From contig DAJH01000015.1 in NCBI GenBank assembly GCA_002498925.1, forward strand, positions 457 through 42,658: a stretch of DNA of 42,202 nt, written 5' to 3'. Shown piece after piece: positions 26,702-35,610 of this stretch. The stretch's first letter is position 1, and every line of letters starts with the position of its first letter. A program made the position numbers and the translations under genes. The notes beneath the pieces are model-generated. The model did not search any database. It saw only the letters and a list, made by a program, of their open reading frames with translations, and had not been told where the DNA came from. This DNA is from Euryarchaeota archaeon UBA173 (GTDB taxonomy: Archaea; Thermoplasmatota; Poseidoniia; Poseidoniales; Thalassarchaeaceae).

Positions 26702-27691
26702 CTATGGGATAAGGTCTTCATGACCACCGAGCATTTCACTCCCATCGTCATCCGGTGCCCCTGGATTGGCAATATCGAAGCTGAACATCTCTCCAATCAT
26801 TGGCCATAATGCCCCCATCCACTCCATTTCAGACATCAGAAGCTCGATCACCGGGTGCTCAAGGATCTCCTCCTCTGTCGAGTCTTCATCAATCTCCGGT
26901 ATTCCGTCGGGAAGGCCCCTGAGTGAGTCAATCAACCCTTCTAGCCTGATCAGTGCCTCACTGTCGGTACCTACTGCACCGCCAATCATTTCGACAATAT
27001 CTTCTAGGTGTTCGGCAAGTAATTTCGGTTCAAACGGATTCTTATCGGAATCGCTAATGTCAACAGGGCCGAACACAACGCCACCTAGATCAGTATCCAT
27101 CCAAACTCCGCTTTGCCATTCTCTTTTCAGCAGTCGTTGGTTCAAGTGGCCACCAAATGGCCCGAGGATGAACCCACCTTCTTCCATGAGTAAATCTAGA
27201 TATTCAGGAATGCCTCTCACTGCGCCCGTTATGAGTACTCTGCCAACCTCCCTTTTCCACCCTGGGTCTTCCATTGACTCCGGACTGAGGACTCTGATTA
27301 TGCCGTTCGATTCAATTCTCTCGAGACATCCAATTGTATGATTCCTCACCTCTTCATTCGGCTCAATAATAGTCACAGTCCCGCCCGGTCCAATAATCCA
27401 ATCAATTAGCGATGCAATGTAGCCTCCCTTAGAACCAATAATGATGATATTCGCATTCTCCGAGATTTCAAGGTGGTGTAACAAAGTCACTACCATGTGA
27501 GGGGCAGAAATCGTCTTGGCATTCCCAGATTCTGTTAGCATGAAAGGGACGGGACTGTCATGCCAGAAATTTTCTAGCGAGTGTTCTGTGAAATTAGACG
27601 GATCAATCTCGGACATAGCACCAATAATCTCCGAATTCATGGGAATTCCCGCATTAATTAGTCTTTCAAGAAGGTCAGATATGTCCGTCAA
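26702..27691 (-). CDS. Protein-L-isoaspartate O-methyltransferase-like protein with a degenerate SAM motif and acidic C-terminal extension
   Basis: TISAPHMV, IIGSKGGY, GTVTIIE, LITGA, GGFILGPFG, GGVVFGP. Likely TTG start at 27691 after GGGGAG. Confidence 0.72.
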   Translation of the reverse strand: MTDISDLLERLINAGIPMNSEIIGAMSEIDPSNFTEHSLENFWHDSPVPFMLTESGNAKTISAPHMVVTLLHHLEISENANIIIIGSKGGYIASLIDWIIGPGGTVTIIEPNEEVRNHTIGCLERIESNGIIRVLSPESMEDPGWKREVGRVLITGAVRGIPEYLDLLMEEGGFILGPFGGHLNQRLLKREWQSGVWMDTDLGGVVFGPVDISDSDKNPFEPKLLAEHLEDIVEMIGGAVGTDSEALIRLEGLIDSLRGLPDGIPEIDEDSTEEEILEHPVIELLMSEMEWMGALWPMIGEMFSFDIANPGAPDDDGSEMLGGHEDLIP

Positions 27692-27757
27692 TGCTTGCTC
27701 CCCCGGGGGTTGTTGAGCCGCAGGCCATTTGAACACAACGCCCCCCCGAGCATAACG

Positions 27758-27833
27758 GGGTCCGTGGTCTAGGGGTTATGACGTTGCTCTTACAAAGCGA
27801 AGATCGCAGGTTCAATTCCTGCCGGACCCACCA
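27758..27833 (+). tRNA. tRNA-Val(TAC)
   Basis: Acceptor GGGTCCG/CGGACCC, anticodon arm TTGCT-CT TAC AA-AGCGA, encoded CCA. Confidence 0.97.
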
Positions 27834-27902
27834 ATATTTCATCACTGAGGCATGGGATTTTCTATAATTTCAGACATTCCTCACTACTGAAAACGTCAAG
27901 AA

Positions 27903-28613
27903 GTGGTGGGGGTGCGGAAGGTCGTGGTCGAAGAGACCGCTGGTCTAGCCTCTCGCGTCGCAAGGAGGCTTCGCAAGAGGGAATGGACTATTTCCATCGC
28001 GGAGTCATGTACCGGGGGGTTGCTAGCTTCGATTATCACCGACATTTCCGGCGCCTCAGCATGGTTTAACCAAGGTTGGGTTACTTATTCGAACGAATCT
28101 AAGATGCGTGAGCTGGGCGTGGAAAAATCCGCCTTTGATGAGGGGGATGCAGGCGCAGTTTCTCACGAGGTCGCAATCCAGATGGCCCGTGGCGCCAAGT
28201 ACCAGTCGGGTTCCGACGTTTCGATTGCAATCACGGGAATAGCTGGACCAGGCGGTGCAACAGCAGAGAAAGAAGTTGGTAGGGTCCACGTCGCCGTTAT
28301 GGCTGGAGACTACTACCTCTCCAGAAGGATGGACTTCGGGGATAATGACAGGTTGGATAACAAGAGATCATTCGTATCATTTGCCCTCAGGCTCTCGCTG
28401 GAGGCTTTGGATAGGGTCAAGGAGAACGAGGCTATCGTCGAACGTGCGATGAACGAAGGCTCTTCTGAGGCGGTTTTGGATACCTCGCAGCTAGACCCTT
28501 CCTCCGAGGAATGGGAAGGTAGCCTAGATTGGAATGTTGAGGACTACTCAAAAACAGTGGCGGAAGAGATAGGCAAGGTAGATCTTGCCTCACTGGCTGA
28601 TTGGGACGAGTAA
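27903..28613 (+). CDS. CinA C-terminal domain protein (PncC-like NMN deamidase) with an acidic tail
   Basis: AESCTGG, GASAWF, VTYSNESK, GAVS, TGIAGPGG. Start may be GTG 27924. Confidence 0.88.
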   Translation: MVGVRKVVVEETAGLASRVARRLRKREWTISIAESCTGGLLASIITDISGASAWFNQGWVTYSNESKMRELGVEKSAFDEGDAGAVSHEVAIQMARGAKYQSGSDVSIAITGIAGPGGATAEKEVGRVHVAVMAGDYYLSRRMDFGDNDRLDNKRSFVSFALRLSLEALDRVKENEAIVERAMNEGSSEAVLDTSQLDPSSEEWEGSLDWNVEDYSKTVAEEIGKVDLASLADWDE

Positions 28614-28678
28614 CATTAGCCCCTTTTTCCGCCTTTTCATCGATATCATCATGAGCGTCCCGGCTGCTTATCGTTATC

Positions 28679-30298
28679 ATGGCTGAGGACGACTGGCCCG
28701 ATAGGCAGCGAATACTCGCTTCCGCCGGCATTCTTGTGCTGGCATCGGCGAAAGATAAGATCCAGCAAATTCCAGATATACAGCCATTAATCGAAGCAGC
28801 CCGCTCTTCGGGATTGAGGATGCTGGACGCTAGGTCCGTTGAAGAGCTCTTGACTCTGGTCCCCGCCATTGAGCCAAAAAGCCCTATCAATGTGACATCC
28901 AGAACTGAGCAATCCACTTTACCCGACCCCAATAGCCATTCCTCGCATGGTCGAGTAGTCGCGCCTTCTACTGCCCTGGAGCTAGCCCCTTCTCCAAGGC
29001 CACACGGCCTAGCTCACTATGACTTGGCCGAATTCCCAATGCAGGCAAGAGACGTAGATGCGGAAATAGAAGTCCACTTCGACATTACTGGGCATTCTGT
29101 GACAGAGGGCAAAATGTCAGATATGAAGGCGTGCTTTACGGATAGGCTAAGGAGGATAAGGAGCATGATGGTCAGTTCCAATGTCCTGCCTAGAAGGCCG
29201 ATATCTACATCCGAGGCATGGAGGAATAGGCAGAGGCACTCGACCAAGGACTATGAAATAACTATGGTGGGACTAGCTAGTGATATGCGTTGGACTAAAA
29301 ATAAAAATCTGATGTTTGTGATCGAGGACGAATCCAGTCAGATATCGTGTTTGGTCAAACCACCATCCGATGCATCAGAAGTCCATCCCGCTCTTGACGG
29401 ACTCATGAATGATGACGTTATCGGGGTCAGTGGATCCTTCCTAATAGGGGAAAGAGATCCAATCTTCTTTGTTCAGGATATCCACCTCCCGCCGCTGGGC
29501 AGGCATTCAAAGAACAGCGCCGGCGAGGATAGGGCGGTTTCTGCAGCATTCCTTTCCGACATGCATGTCGGTAGCATGACATTCCTTGGACCCCAGTGGG
29601 AGAAGATGATCAAGTGGTTTAAGACGGACCCCCTAGCTCGAACTATCAAGTATTTCGTCCTAAGTGGTGACGGGGTTGACGGTGTCGGAATATACCCTGG
29701 GCAGGATAGGCATCTAGCGATAAAAGACCTATTCCAGCAGTATGGGGAGCTGGCCAGACTTCTGGAAGACATACCCGATTGGGTTGATATCATCATCTTG
29801 CCGGGCAATCATGATGCTGTAAGGCCCGCAGAGCCACAACCAGCATTAGATCCAGAAGTACAGCAAGACTACTCTGATACTACCTTCGTAGGTAACCCAT
29901 GTGACTTCAGCCTAAATGGCGTCAGGGTCCTTTCTTACCACGGCAAGAGCATTGACGATTTCGTCGCAACCTTGAGGTCTGTATCTTATTCTGAGCCTGA
30001 GAAGGCCATGCAGGCAATGCTGGAGAGAAGACACCTAGCACCATCTTGGGGTGGCAAAACCCCGCTTTCACCCGAGCCAGAGGATAACCTGGTAATCTCC
30101 ACGGTCCCAGATATTTTTGTCACAGGCCATGTCCATGGACACTTCGTTGGAGGGTACAAAGGGACCACTATGGTACATAGCTCGACATGGCAGAACCAGA
30201 CTGATTTCCAGAGGATGTTGGGTTTCCAACCAAAGCCGTGTATTCTGACTGTAGTAAACCTGCACACCTTTGCAACGGCCTCTGTTCCATTCGCATAA
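28679..30298 (+). CDS. polB: DNA polymerase D small (exonuclease) subunit DP1
   Basis: OB region followed by calcineurin-like motifs SDMHVGS, GDGVDG, PGNHD, YHG, RRHLAP, TGHVH. Confidence 0.93.
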   Translation: MAEDDWPDRQRILASAGILVLASAKDKIQQIPDIQPLIEAARSSGLRMLDARSVEELLTLVPAIEPKSPINVTSRTEQSTLPDPNSHSSHGRVVAPSTALELAPSPRPHGLAHYDLAEFPMQARDVDAEIEVHFDITGHSVTEGKMSDMKACFTDRLRRIRSMMVSSNVLPRRPISTSEAWRNRQRHSTKDYEITMVGLASDMRWTKNKNLMFVIEDESSQISCLVKPPSDASEVHPALDGLMNDDVIGVSGSFLIGERDPIFFVQDIHLPPLGRHSKNSAGEDRAVSAAFLSDMHVGSMTFLGPQWEKMIKWFKTDPLARTIKYFVLSGDGVDGVGIYPGQDRHLAIKDLFQQYGELARLLEDIPDWVDIIILPGNHDAVRPAEPQPALDPEVQQDYSDTTFVGNPCDFSLNGVRVLSYHGKSIDDFVATLRSVSYSEPEKAMQAMLERRHLAPSWGGKTPLSPEPEDNLVISTVPDIFVTGHVHGHFVGGYKGTTMVHSSTWQNQTDFQRMLGFQPKPCILTVVNLHTFATASVPFA

Positions 30299-30994
30299 TC
30301 ATTTTGGGAATTTCTCTCCGACAAAAATGTGAGGCCATATCTCTCTAAGGTCTTTACTTTCCACTATTGGTACTCCTTCTTCCCGGAAGGCGTTCAAGGC
30401 CCTTTCTCTCGCCGGATTGAAACCGATGAAAGATGATTCACCAATCATCATGGACAGATCGGTACTCGAGTCTCCGATGGAAACAATCTCCTCAGCATTG
30501 AAGCCATTTATCCTCGCAAGCTTCTCAACCATTAGCCCTTTATTGTGAGAGTAAACTCTGGTTGGAAGCCCCCTCTCTAGGAATCCATCCTCATCCCATT
30601 CGAAACCATTTGCGGCCCAATCGTCGACTTTCAGCATATTTGCAATTGCCCCAACGAATAGATCGACTCCGGATGAGACTATTGCAACATAAACGCCCCT
30701 TCTATGGAGTTCTTCAACAACGTCCCTAGCTCCCTTCATCAGACCTATTCCACTGTAACACCTCATTATGTCGTCTCTGTGGATCTGGGGCTTCACACCC
30801 TTCCATAGTCTGATGTCATGCTCAACGAATTCCTCTTCCGTTATTCCTCCCTCGAGAAACAGCTCGAGGGTTTTCTTATGGGATCCATCATCCGCAGTAT
30901 CAGTGCCGAATTTCCTATGGATATTCTGCCACGAAGACCCATTATCAGTCAGTACGCCATCGCAATCGAATACGACAGCACTCACCCTATCCAT
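30299..30994 (-). CDS. HAD-IB family phosphatase (phosphoserine phosphatase-like)
   Basis: FDCDGVL, IVSSG, ANGFE, NKG, IGDSSTD. Confidence 0.85.
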   Translation of the reverse strand: MDRVSAVVFDCDGVLTDNGSSWQNIHRKFGTDTADDGSHKKTLELFLEGGITEEEFVEHDIRLWKGVKPQIHRDDIMRCYSGIGLMKGARDVVEELHRRGVYVAIVSSGVDLFVGAIANMLKVDDWAANGFEWDEDGFLERGLPTRVYSHNKGLMVEKLARINGFNAEEIVSIGDSSTDLSMMIGESSFIGFNPARERALNAFREEGVPIVESKDLREIWPHIFVGEKFPK

Positions 30995-31073
30995 GACACC
31001 CGCAATGTCTCTATCTTAATTTACTATAGTTTCCAAGCGATGACTTGATTCCTAAGTCCGGCAGCCGGTTCAC

Positions 31074-31343
31074 ATGGGCGAGCACTACCATGCCGGTGGT
31101 CCCGCAATCAAGGTCAGCATGCTATTCTTCGGCCCATTGGCTGAGAGAATTGGCCAGAAGAGGATTACAGTGTCAGTGGATGCTGGCACTTCAGCCTCAC
31201 AATTGGCCGAGAGGTTCGAACTCAGCGATTTATTGGATATGGGGCTTAGAGTAGCTGTTGACGGGGAGATTGATGCAGATATGCACAAACCCCTTTCAGA
31301 CTCATCAGAAGTAGCATTCCTTCCGCCTGTTTCCGGTGGCTAG
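31074..31343 (+). CDS. MoaD/ThiS family ubiquitin-like protein (SAMP1-like)
   Basis: LFFGPLAE..G, VAVDG, EVAFLPPVSGG C-terminus. Confidence 0.9.
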   Translation: MGEHYHAGGPAIKVSMLFFGPLAERIGQKRITVSVDAGTSASQLAERFELSDLLDMGLRVAVDGEIDADMHKPLSDSSEVAFLPPVSGG

Positions 31344-31399
31344 GGGCTTTATCTCCGAAGCATTCAACCGAGTAATCCCCCTCCAGAGGTACGGTAGAC

Positions 31400-31609
31400 A
31401 TGGCATTGGGAGCTCCAGAGGCAATAATCATCGTGATTTTCGGAATACTAGTTTTTGGAGCAGATAAGATTCCCAAACTTGCTAGGAATGTAGGCCGGGC
31501 CAAAGGAGAGTTCCAGCAAGGAATCATGGAAACTACATCGAATTCCCCTGCAGAGGCCGATATGGACAGGGGAGGGATGACAGAAGAAGTCGCCTCTGAA
31601 AGCGAGTAA
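31400..31609 (+). CDS. tatA: Twin-arginine translocase TatA
   Basis: G.PE.III....LVFGADKIPKLARNVGRA.GEF..G. Confidence 0.93.
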   Translation: MALGAPEAIIIVIFGILVFGADKIPKLARNVGRAKGEFQQGIMETTSNSPAEADMDRGGMTEEVASESE

Positions 31610-32104
31610 TCAAGCCCTCTTCAATTTTAATTCAGAACCGCACTCAGGGCACTCTCCGAAGTCTGAACGCCTCCGATTTGGCGATTTTGGAGGTGGTTGT
31701 ACGATTTTACACCCCAAACATCGCAACTCCCAATTCCAAGCTTGTGTAATTCCCGTTTCGCCTATGGGCCGCCACTCAATTCCGATAGCGGTAGAGACAT
31801 TCTGCATTCTGTAGTCATCAGTGACTAATATTGCTGATTTTTCATACGCAAGAGCAACTAATGACAGATCCACCTTGGAAAGGCCGGATATATCCCCAGT
31901 TTCTATCGCTGCATCTCTGGCCACGTCAAGACTAACCTCGTTTGGATCATTCATGATTGCCCCCATCGATCCCAGGATGGCCCCCCTGTCCGGAGATATC
32001 ACCCGTAATTCTGTCTCCTGCGCAGGGATGATCAGAGAGCCCGAAATTTCCGAGATCGGCCACGCAATGAGGGCTGACGTGTCAAGTACCAAAACGTCCG
32101 CCAT
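31610..32104 (-). CDS. nob1: Nob1-family PIN endonuclease with a Zn ribbon
   Basis: VLDTSA, TGD..GLSKVD, LVTDDY.MQNV, CLGC...CPECG. Start ATG 32104. Confidence 0.9.
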   Translation of the reverse strand: MADVLVLDTSALIAWPISEISGSLIIPAQETELRVISPDRGAILGSMGAIMNDPNEVSLDVARDAAIETGDISGLSKVDLSLVALAYEKSAILVTDDYRMQNVSTAIGIEWRPIGETGITQAWNWELRCLGCKIVQPPPKSPNRRRSDFGECPECGSELKLKRA

Positions 32105-32204
32105 GCCATCCGCTGGCGGACTTCCCCTTTCATTACTGCCGATTGCCGGACTTAAGCATCCTGAAACCATCAGCTCATTATAGCAATGCCTGCGACGGCT
32201 ATGC

Positions 32205-32798
32205 ATGAGTACCATTGTCTCACAAGAGATGATCGACTCGGCAATAGAGTGGGCTGACGGGCTTGGATTATTCGGTTTGGCAATACTTTCTTCCACCGAG
32301 GCTGCATTTCAGCCAATCCCCCCCGATCCCCTTGTATGGAAGATGGCCCTTGATGCGGATTCAGGATTCGGTATTGCGGTAGTAGTTTCGGTTGCAGTCC
32401 TGTCTAGCGTCATGGGGGCAATTGCGGGGTATGCCATAGGGATGTATGCAGGGGGGTGGCTCCTAGAGAAACTCGTGCCTCAGTCAACTATGACTAGGCT
32501 GAATGTATTGATGGAAAGGTATGGTGCGGCTGGGATTTTCATTGCTGCAGTTTCTCCAATTCCATACAAGGCCCTAGCTTGGATTGCCGGTGCTGGACGC
32601 ATGGATATGCGCGTCTTCATCGCCGCTGGAATTTTCGGCAGGGGTCTTAGATTTGGAATTCCCGGATTACTGCTCAGTGTCTATGGTGAATCGGTGGTAC
32701 AGTCTCTGAACTGGGTAAATTTCTCTTTAGTCTCGATTGCTGGACTGATCGTGGTAATCCCGGCTGCGAGATGGTGGCACTCACTACTCGAAGAATAG
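32205..32798 (+). CDS. DedA/YqaA (VTT domain) family membrane protein
   Basis: TEAAFQPIPPD, GYAIG, SPIPYK..AG, GRGLRF. Confidence 0.9.
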   Translation: MSTIVSQEMIDSAIEWADGLGLFGLAILSSTEAAFQPIPPDPLVWKMALDADSGFGIAVVVSVAVLSSVMGAIAGYAIGMYAGGWLLEKLVPQSTMTRLNVLMERYGAAGIFIAAVSPIPYKALAWIAGAGRMDMRVFIAAGIFGRGLRFGIPGLLLSVYGESVVQSLNWVNFSLVSIAGLIVVIPAARWWHSLLEE

Positions 32799-32859
32799 GA
32801 TAAATGACAAAATTGGTCCCCGATTCGATTATGTGGTAGAAACATCTCGCAAGAGCACA

Positions 32860-32935
32860 GCTCGCGTGGTGTAGTGGCCCATCATACTGGGTTTTCGATC
32901 CGGCGACCCGGGTTCGAATCCCGGCGCGAGCACCA
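32860..32935 (+). tRNA. tRNA-Glu(TTC)
   Basis: Acceptor GCTCGCG/CGCGAGC, anticodon arm CTGGG-TT TTC GA-TCCGG, T arm CCGGG-TTCGAAT-CCCGG, encoded CCA. Confidence 0.95.
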
Positions 32936-32937
32936 TT

Positions 32938-33387
32938 TCAGTCTACTTCATGGATATCCGTCTCTATATTCATGTCAGATGCCATGTCAATTACAATCCT
33001 AGTCCACTTGCTGGTCGGAGATGGCAAAGCCAAAACATGACTTGCAGAATTGAGAATCTTCCTGGTTAGCGAGTTCGGGGCCTCTGGCCTGCCTCTGTCT
33101 AGGAGTCCAGTCTTGGGATCGCCCCACTCTTCAGAGAAGACCGCGATTGGGACGGAATTGTTGTCAGACCACCTCTCTGCCATGTAGTCAACCCCGCTCG
33201 CTCCACCCACTATGATCAAGTCAGGATAGCCGAAACTTTCTATCCACCCTTCAATGGCATCCTCAAATTTACGATAGTCATAGAATCTGCTCGAACCAAC
33301 AATTGCTAGGTTGATTATCGACCCGTCTCTATTCAAGTCGCGACTGCCAAGGCGCTCGACGATATCTTGTCCCCGACTCCCTTCCAT
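32938..33387 (-). CDS. SLOG superfamily (YspA/DUF2493-like) protein
   Basis: AIVGSSRFYDY, IIVGGASGVD.MAERW, and a C-terminal S..T...I..A pattern. Confidence 0.78.
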   Translation of the reverse strand: MEGSRGQDIVERLGSRDLNRDGSIINLAIVGSSRFYDYRKFEDAIEGWIESFGYPDLIIVGGASGVDYMAERWSDNNSVPIAVFSEEWGDPKTGLLDRGRPEAPNSLTRKILNSASHVLALPSPTSKWTRIVIDMASDMNIETDIHEVD

Positions 33388-33527
33388 ACTGGTTGCGGAT
33401 GAGGGTACCCAACAATAAACCTCCCCCGGAGAATGGCAATTAATGCAATTTTTGATAGAGTAACTAACTCGTTGTAACCACCATTAATCATGATGTCTCC
33501 GACTGTTTTTTCAGTGAGTGAGTTGAT

Positions 33528-34793
33528 ATGTCTAATCCCAGCCCCTCGACTCGGGGTGTCACCATAGCCTTTGATGTGGAGGAAATTCGTTCACATTTCC
33601 CCATCCTCCATAGAATTCTTCCCAATGGAAAGCCACTGGTCTATTTTGATAATGCGGCAACATCTCAGAAGCCCTTGGCCGTAATAGACGCAATGTCCGA
33701 TTTCTACAAACAGTATCACGCAAATGCGCACAGGGCCAACCATACTTTGGCCGACGAATCAACAGCCGCTCTGGAGAGTGCCAGAGACCGGATAGCCAAG
33801 TTCTTCGGCACAAGTGAAGATCAGATGATTTACACCGGAAGTGCAACCGAAGCCATGAACCTGGTGGCATATGGTTGGGCCAGGTACAACCTCGAGGAGG
33901 GGGATGTGGTGGTCACCACTGAGATGGAGCATCATGCCAATATTGTCCCATGGCAGGAACTATCCAGGGAGAGGGGCATAGAACTCAGGTATGTCCCTAT
34001 CGATACTGAGAAGTTCACTCTTGACTACGATGCAATGGAAGTTGCTATTCAAGGTGCATCGCTTGTCTGCGTTGGGCATGTTAGCAATGTATTGGGAGTT
34101 CGGAATGAGATTGAGAGGGTCATTGAGATGGCTCATTCAGTAGGTGCCAGAGTTGCATTGGATAGCGCCCAGGGTGCGCCACATGAGAAGATCAATTTTG
34201 ATGAGCTGGGTGTCGATTTCTGCTCAATAGCGGCACACAAGATGGCAGGACCCACTGGAATCGGGTGTCTGCTTGTCAGATCCGATGCCCTCGGAGAGAT
34301 GGGACCATTCTTGACAGGTGGTTCCATAGTGAAAAGAGTATCAAAAGAAGACACCCTCTTCCAAGAAGGATATGCAATGTTCGAGACCGGAACCCCTCGC
34401 ATGGCAGAAGCAATCGGTTGGCACGCTGCCGTTGACTGGCTAGAGGAAAACATAGACTTTGACGAGGTACACGAATACGTCCATGGCATCGCTTCCTGGA
34501 TGGCTACTCAGATGAGAGAAATTCCCGGAATTACTGTTTTCGGAAATCCTGAGATGGAAGAGTCTATCGGAGTCGTTTCGTTCCTGCATGAAACCATCCA
34601 AGCACAAGATCTAGGCTACCTTCTGGATGCAGGGGGTTTCGCAGTGAGGACGGGGCATCATTGCGCACAACCACTGATGGAGGCCATGGGGGTGGGCTCT
34701 ACAAACCGGGCCTCGGTGTGGTTCTATAACACGATGGAAGAGGCAGAGGCATTCGTTTCTCACCTAGGAAATATCGTCGATAGGTTCTCCTGA
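33528..34793 (+). CDS. sufS: Cysteine desulfurase, SufS class
   Basis: YFDNAATSQKP, EHHANIVPWQ, HKMAGPTGIG, FETGTP, RTGHHCAQPL. Confidence 0.95.
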   Translation: MSNPSPSTRGVTIAFDVEEIRSHFPILHRILPNGKPLVYFDNAATSQKPLAVIDAMSDFYKQYHANAHRANHTLADESTAALESARDRIAKFFGTSEDQMIYTGSATEAMNLVAYGWARYNLEEGDVVVTTEMEHHANIVPWQELSRERGIELRYVPIDTEKFTLDYDAMEVAIQGASLVCVGHVSNVLGVRNEIERVIEMAHSVGARVALDSAQGAPHEKINFDELGVDFCSIAAHKMAGPTGIGCLLVRSDALGEMGPFLTGGSIVKRVSKEDTLFQEGYAMFETGTPRMAEAIGWHAAVDWLEENIDFDEVHEYVHGIASWMATQMREIPGITVFGNPEMEESIGVVSFLHETIQAQDLGYLLDAGGFAVRTGHHCAQPLMEAMGVGSTNRASVWFYNTMEEAEAFVSHLGNIVDRFS

Positions 34794-34845
34794 TTGCTAA
34801 TCAGACTCTCGCAATGGTGAAATCCCTGCGCTGTCTAGGGGGTCC

Positions 34846-35274
34846 ATGCCAGACGGGAGCGAGTGGTCCGACGAGATTGAAGAAATCGTCGATAGATTCC
34901 AGTCCTGCTTCGATGATATGGAAAGGCTTGAGCTACTCTTTGAGTATGCTGAGAAGCACCCTTCGACACTCCCCATGGATCTTTGGGACGACGAAAATAT
35001 GGTTCACGGCTGTCAATCTAGGGCCCATGTAGTATGCTCGCTCGATAACGGCGGGGGATTCATGGCAGAAGGCGGCGCCGATGCTCAAATTGTCCAAGGT
35101 CTAATGGCCATCACTGCAATAGCTGTAAATGGGCAATCCCCAGAAGACGTAGCCAACCATGACCCCTCTTACATCGAGGGAATGGGACTTAGTAGGATTC
35201 TCACACCCAGTAGGGCCAATGGATTCATGAATATGGTTAGGAAGGTCAAAGAAGAAGCCTCCGCGATGATGTGA
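34846..35274 (+). CDS. sufE: SufE sulfur acceptor
   Basis: VHGCQSRAHV, ADAQIVQGL, LTPSRANG; downstream of sufS. Confidence 0.93.
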   Translation: MPDGSEWSDEIEEIVDRFQSCFDDMERLELLFEYAEKHPSTLPMDLWDDENMVHGCQSRAHVVCSLDNGGGFMAEGGADAQIVQGLMAITAIAVNGQSPEDVANHDPSYIEGMGLSRILTPSRANGFMNMVRKVKEEASAMM

Positions 35275-35278
35275 TGAT

Positions 35279-35593
35279 ATGTCTGTAGAGTCAAATGTTA
35301 GGGATTCGCTTAGATCCGTAGAGGATCCAGAGATGAAAATCTCAGTCATCGAGCTAGGGTTGATTTATTCAATAAGCGCTGAGCAAAAAGAAGAAGGATC
35401 GCATGTGGAGATAGATATGACCCTGACAAGTCCGGGTTGCCCAATAGCCCCAGAGCTCATGGCAGCCGTACACAGAGCCGCAGAGCAGACCGACGGAGTT
35501 TCTAGTGCGCACGTGAATTTGACTTTCTCACCAGTTTGGGATCCAAGGAAACACGCTTCAGAGGATGCATTGATAGATATGGGCATTTTCTGA
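35279..35593 (+). CDS. sufT: SufT/MIP18 (DUF59) Fe-S assembly factor
   Basis: DPE..ISVIELGLIY, MTLTSPGCP, F.PVW. Confidence 0.9.
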   Translation: MSVESNVRDSLRSVEDPEMKISVIELGLIYSISAEQKEEGSHVEIDMTLTSPGCPIAPELMAAVHRAAEQTDGVSSAHVNLTFSPVWDPRKHASEDALIDMGIF

Positions 35594-35610
35594 CTCAACA
35601 ATAATTCTGA

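Noticed and set aside
2702-27824. 28-nt direct repeat GCGAAGATCGCAGGTTCAATTCCTGCCG at 2702-2729 and 27797-27824, resembling attL/attR of a 25-kb island
   Set aside because: Both copies are inside complete paralogous tRNA-Val genes. The interval holds core genes and no integrase.
31610-32296. PIN-domain ORF as a VapC toxin, and its 228-aa long form
   Set aside because: PIN plus Zn ribbon with TGD..LS..D is Nob1, and there is no antitoxin. The long form overlaps the divergent DedA gene.
33471-33478. GTTGTAAC upstream of sufS as a SurR box
   Set aside because: SurR needs GTT-N3-AAC and this is N2. SurR is also a Thermococcales regulator.
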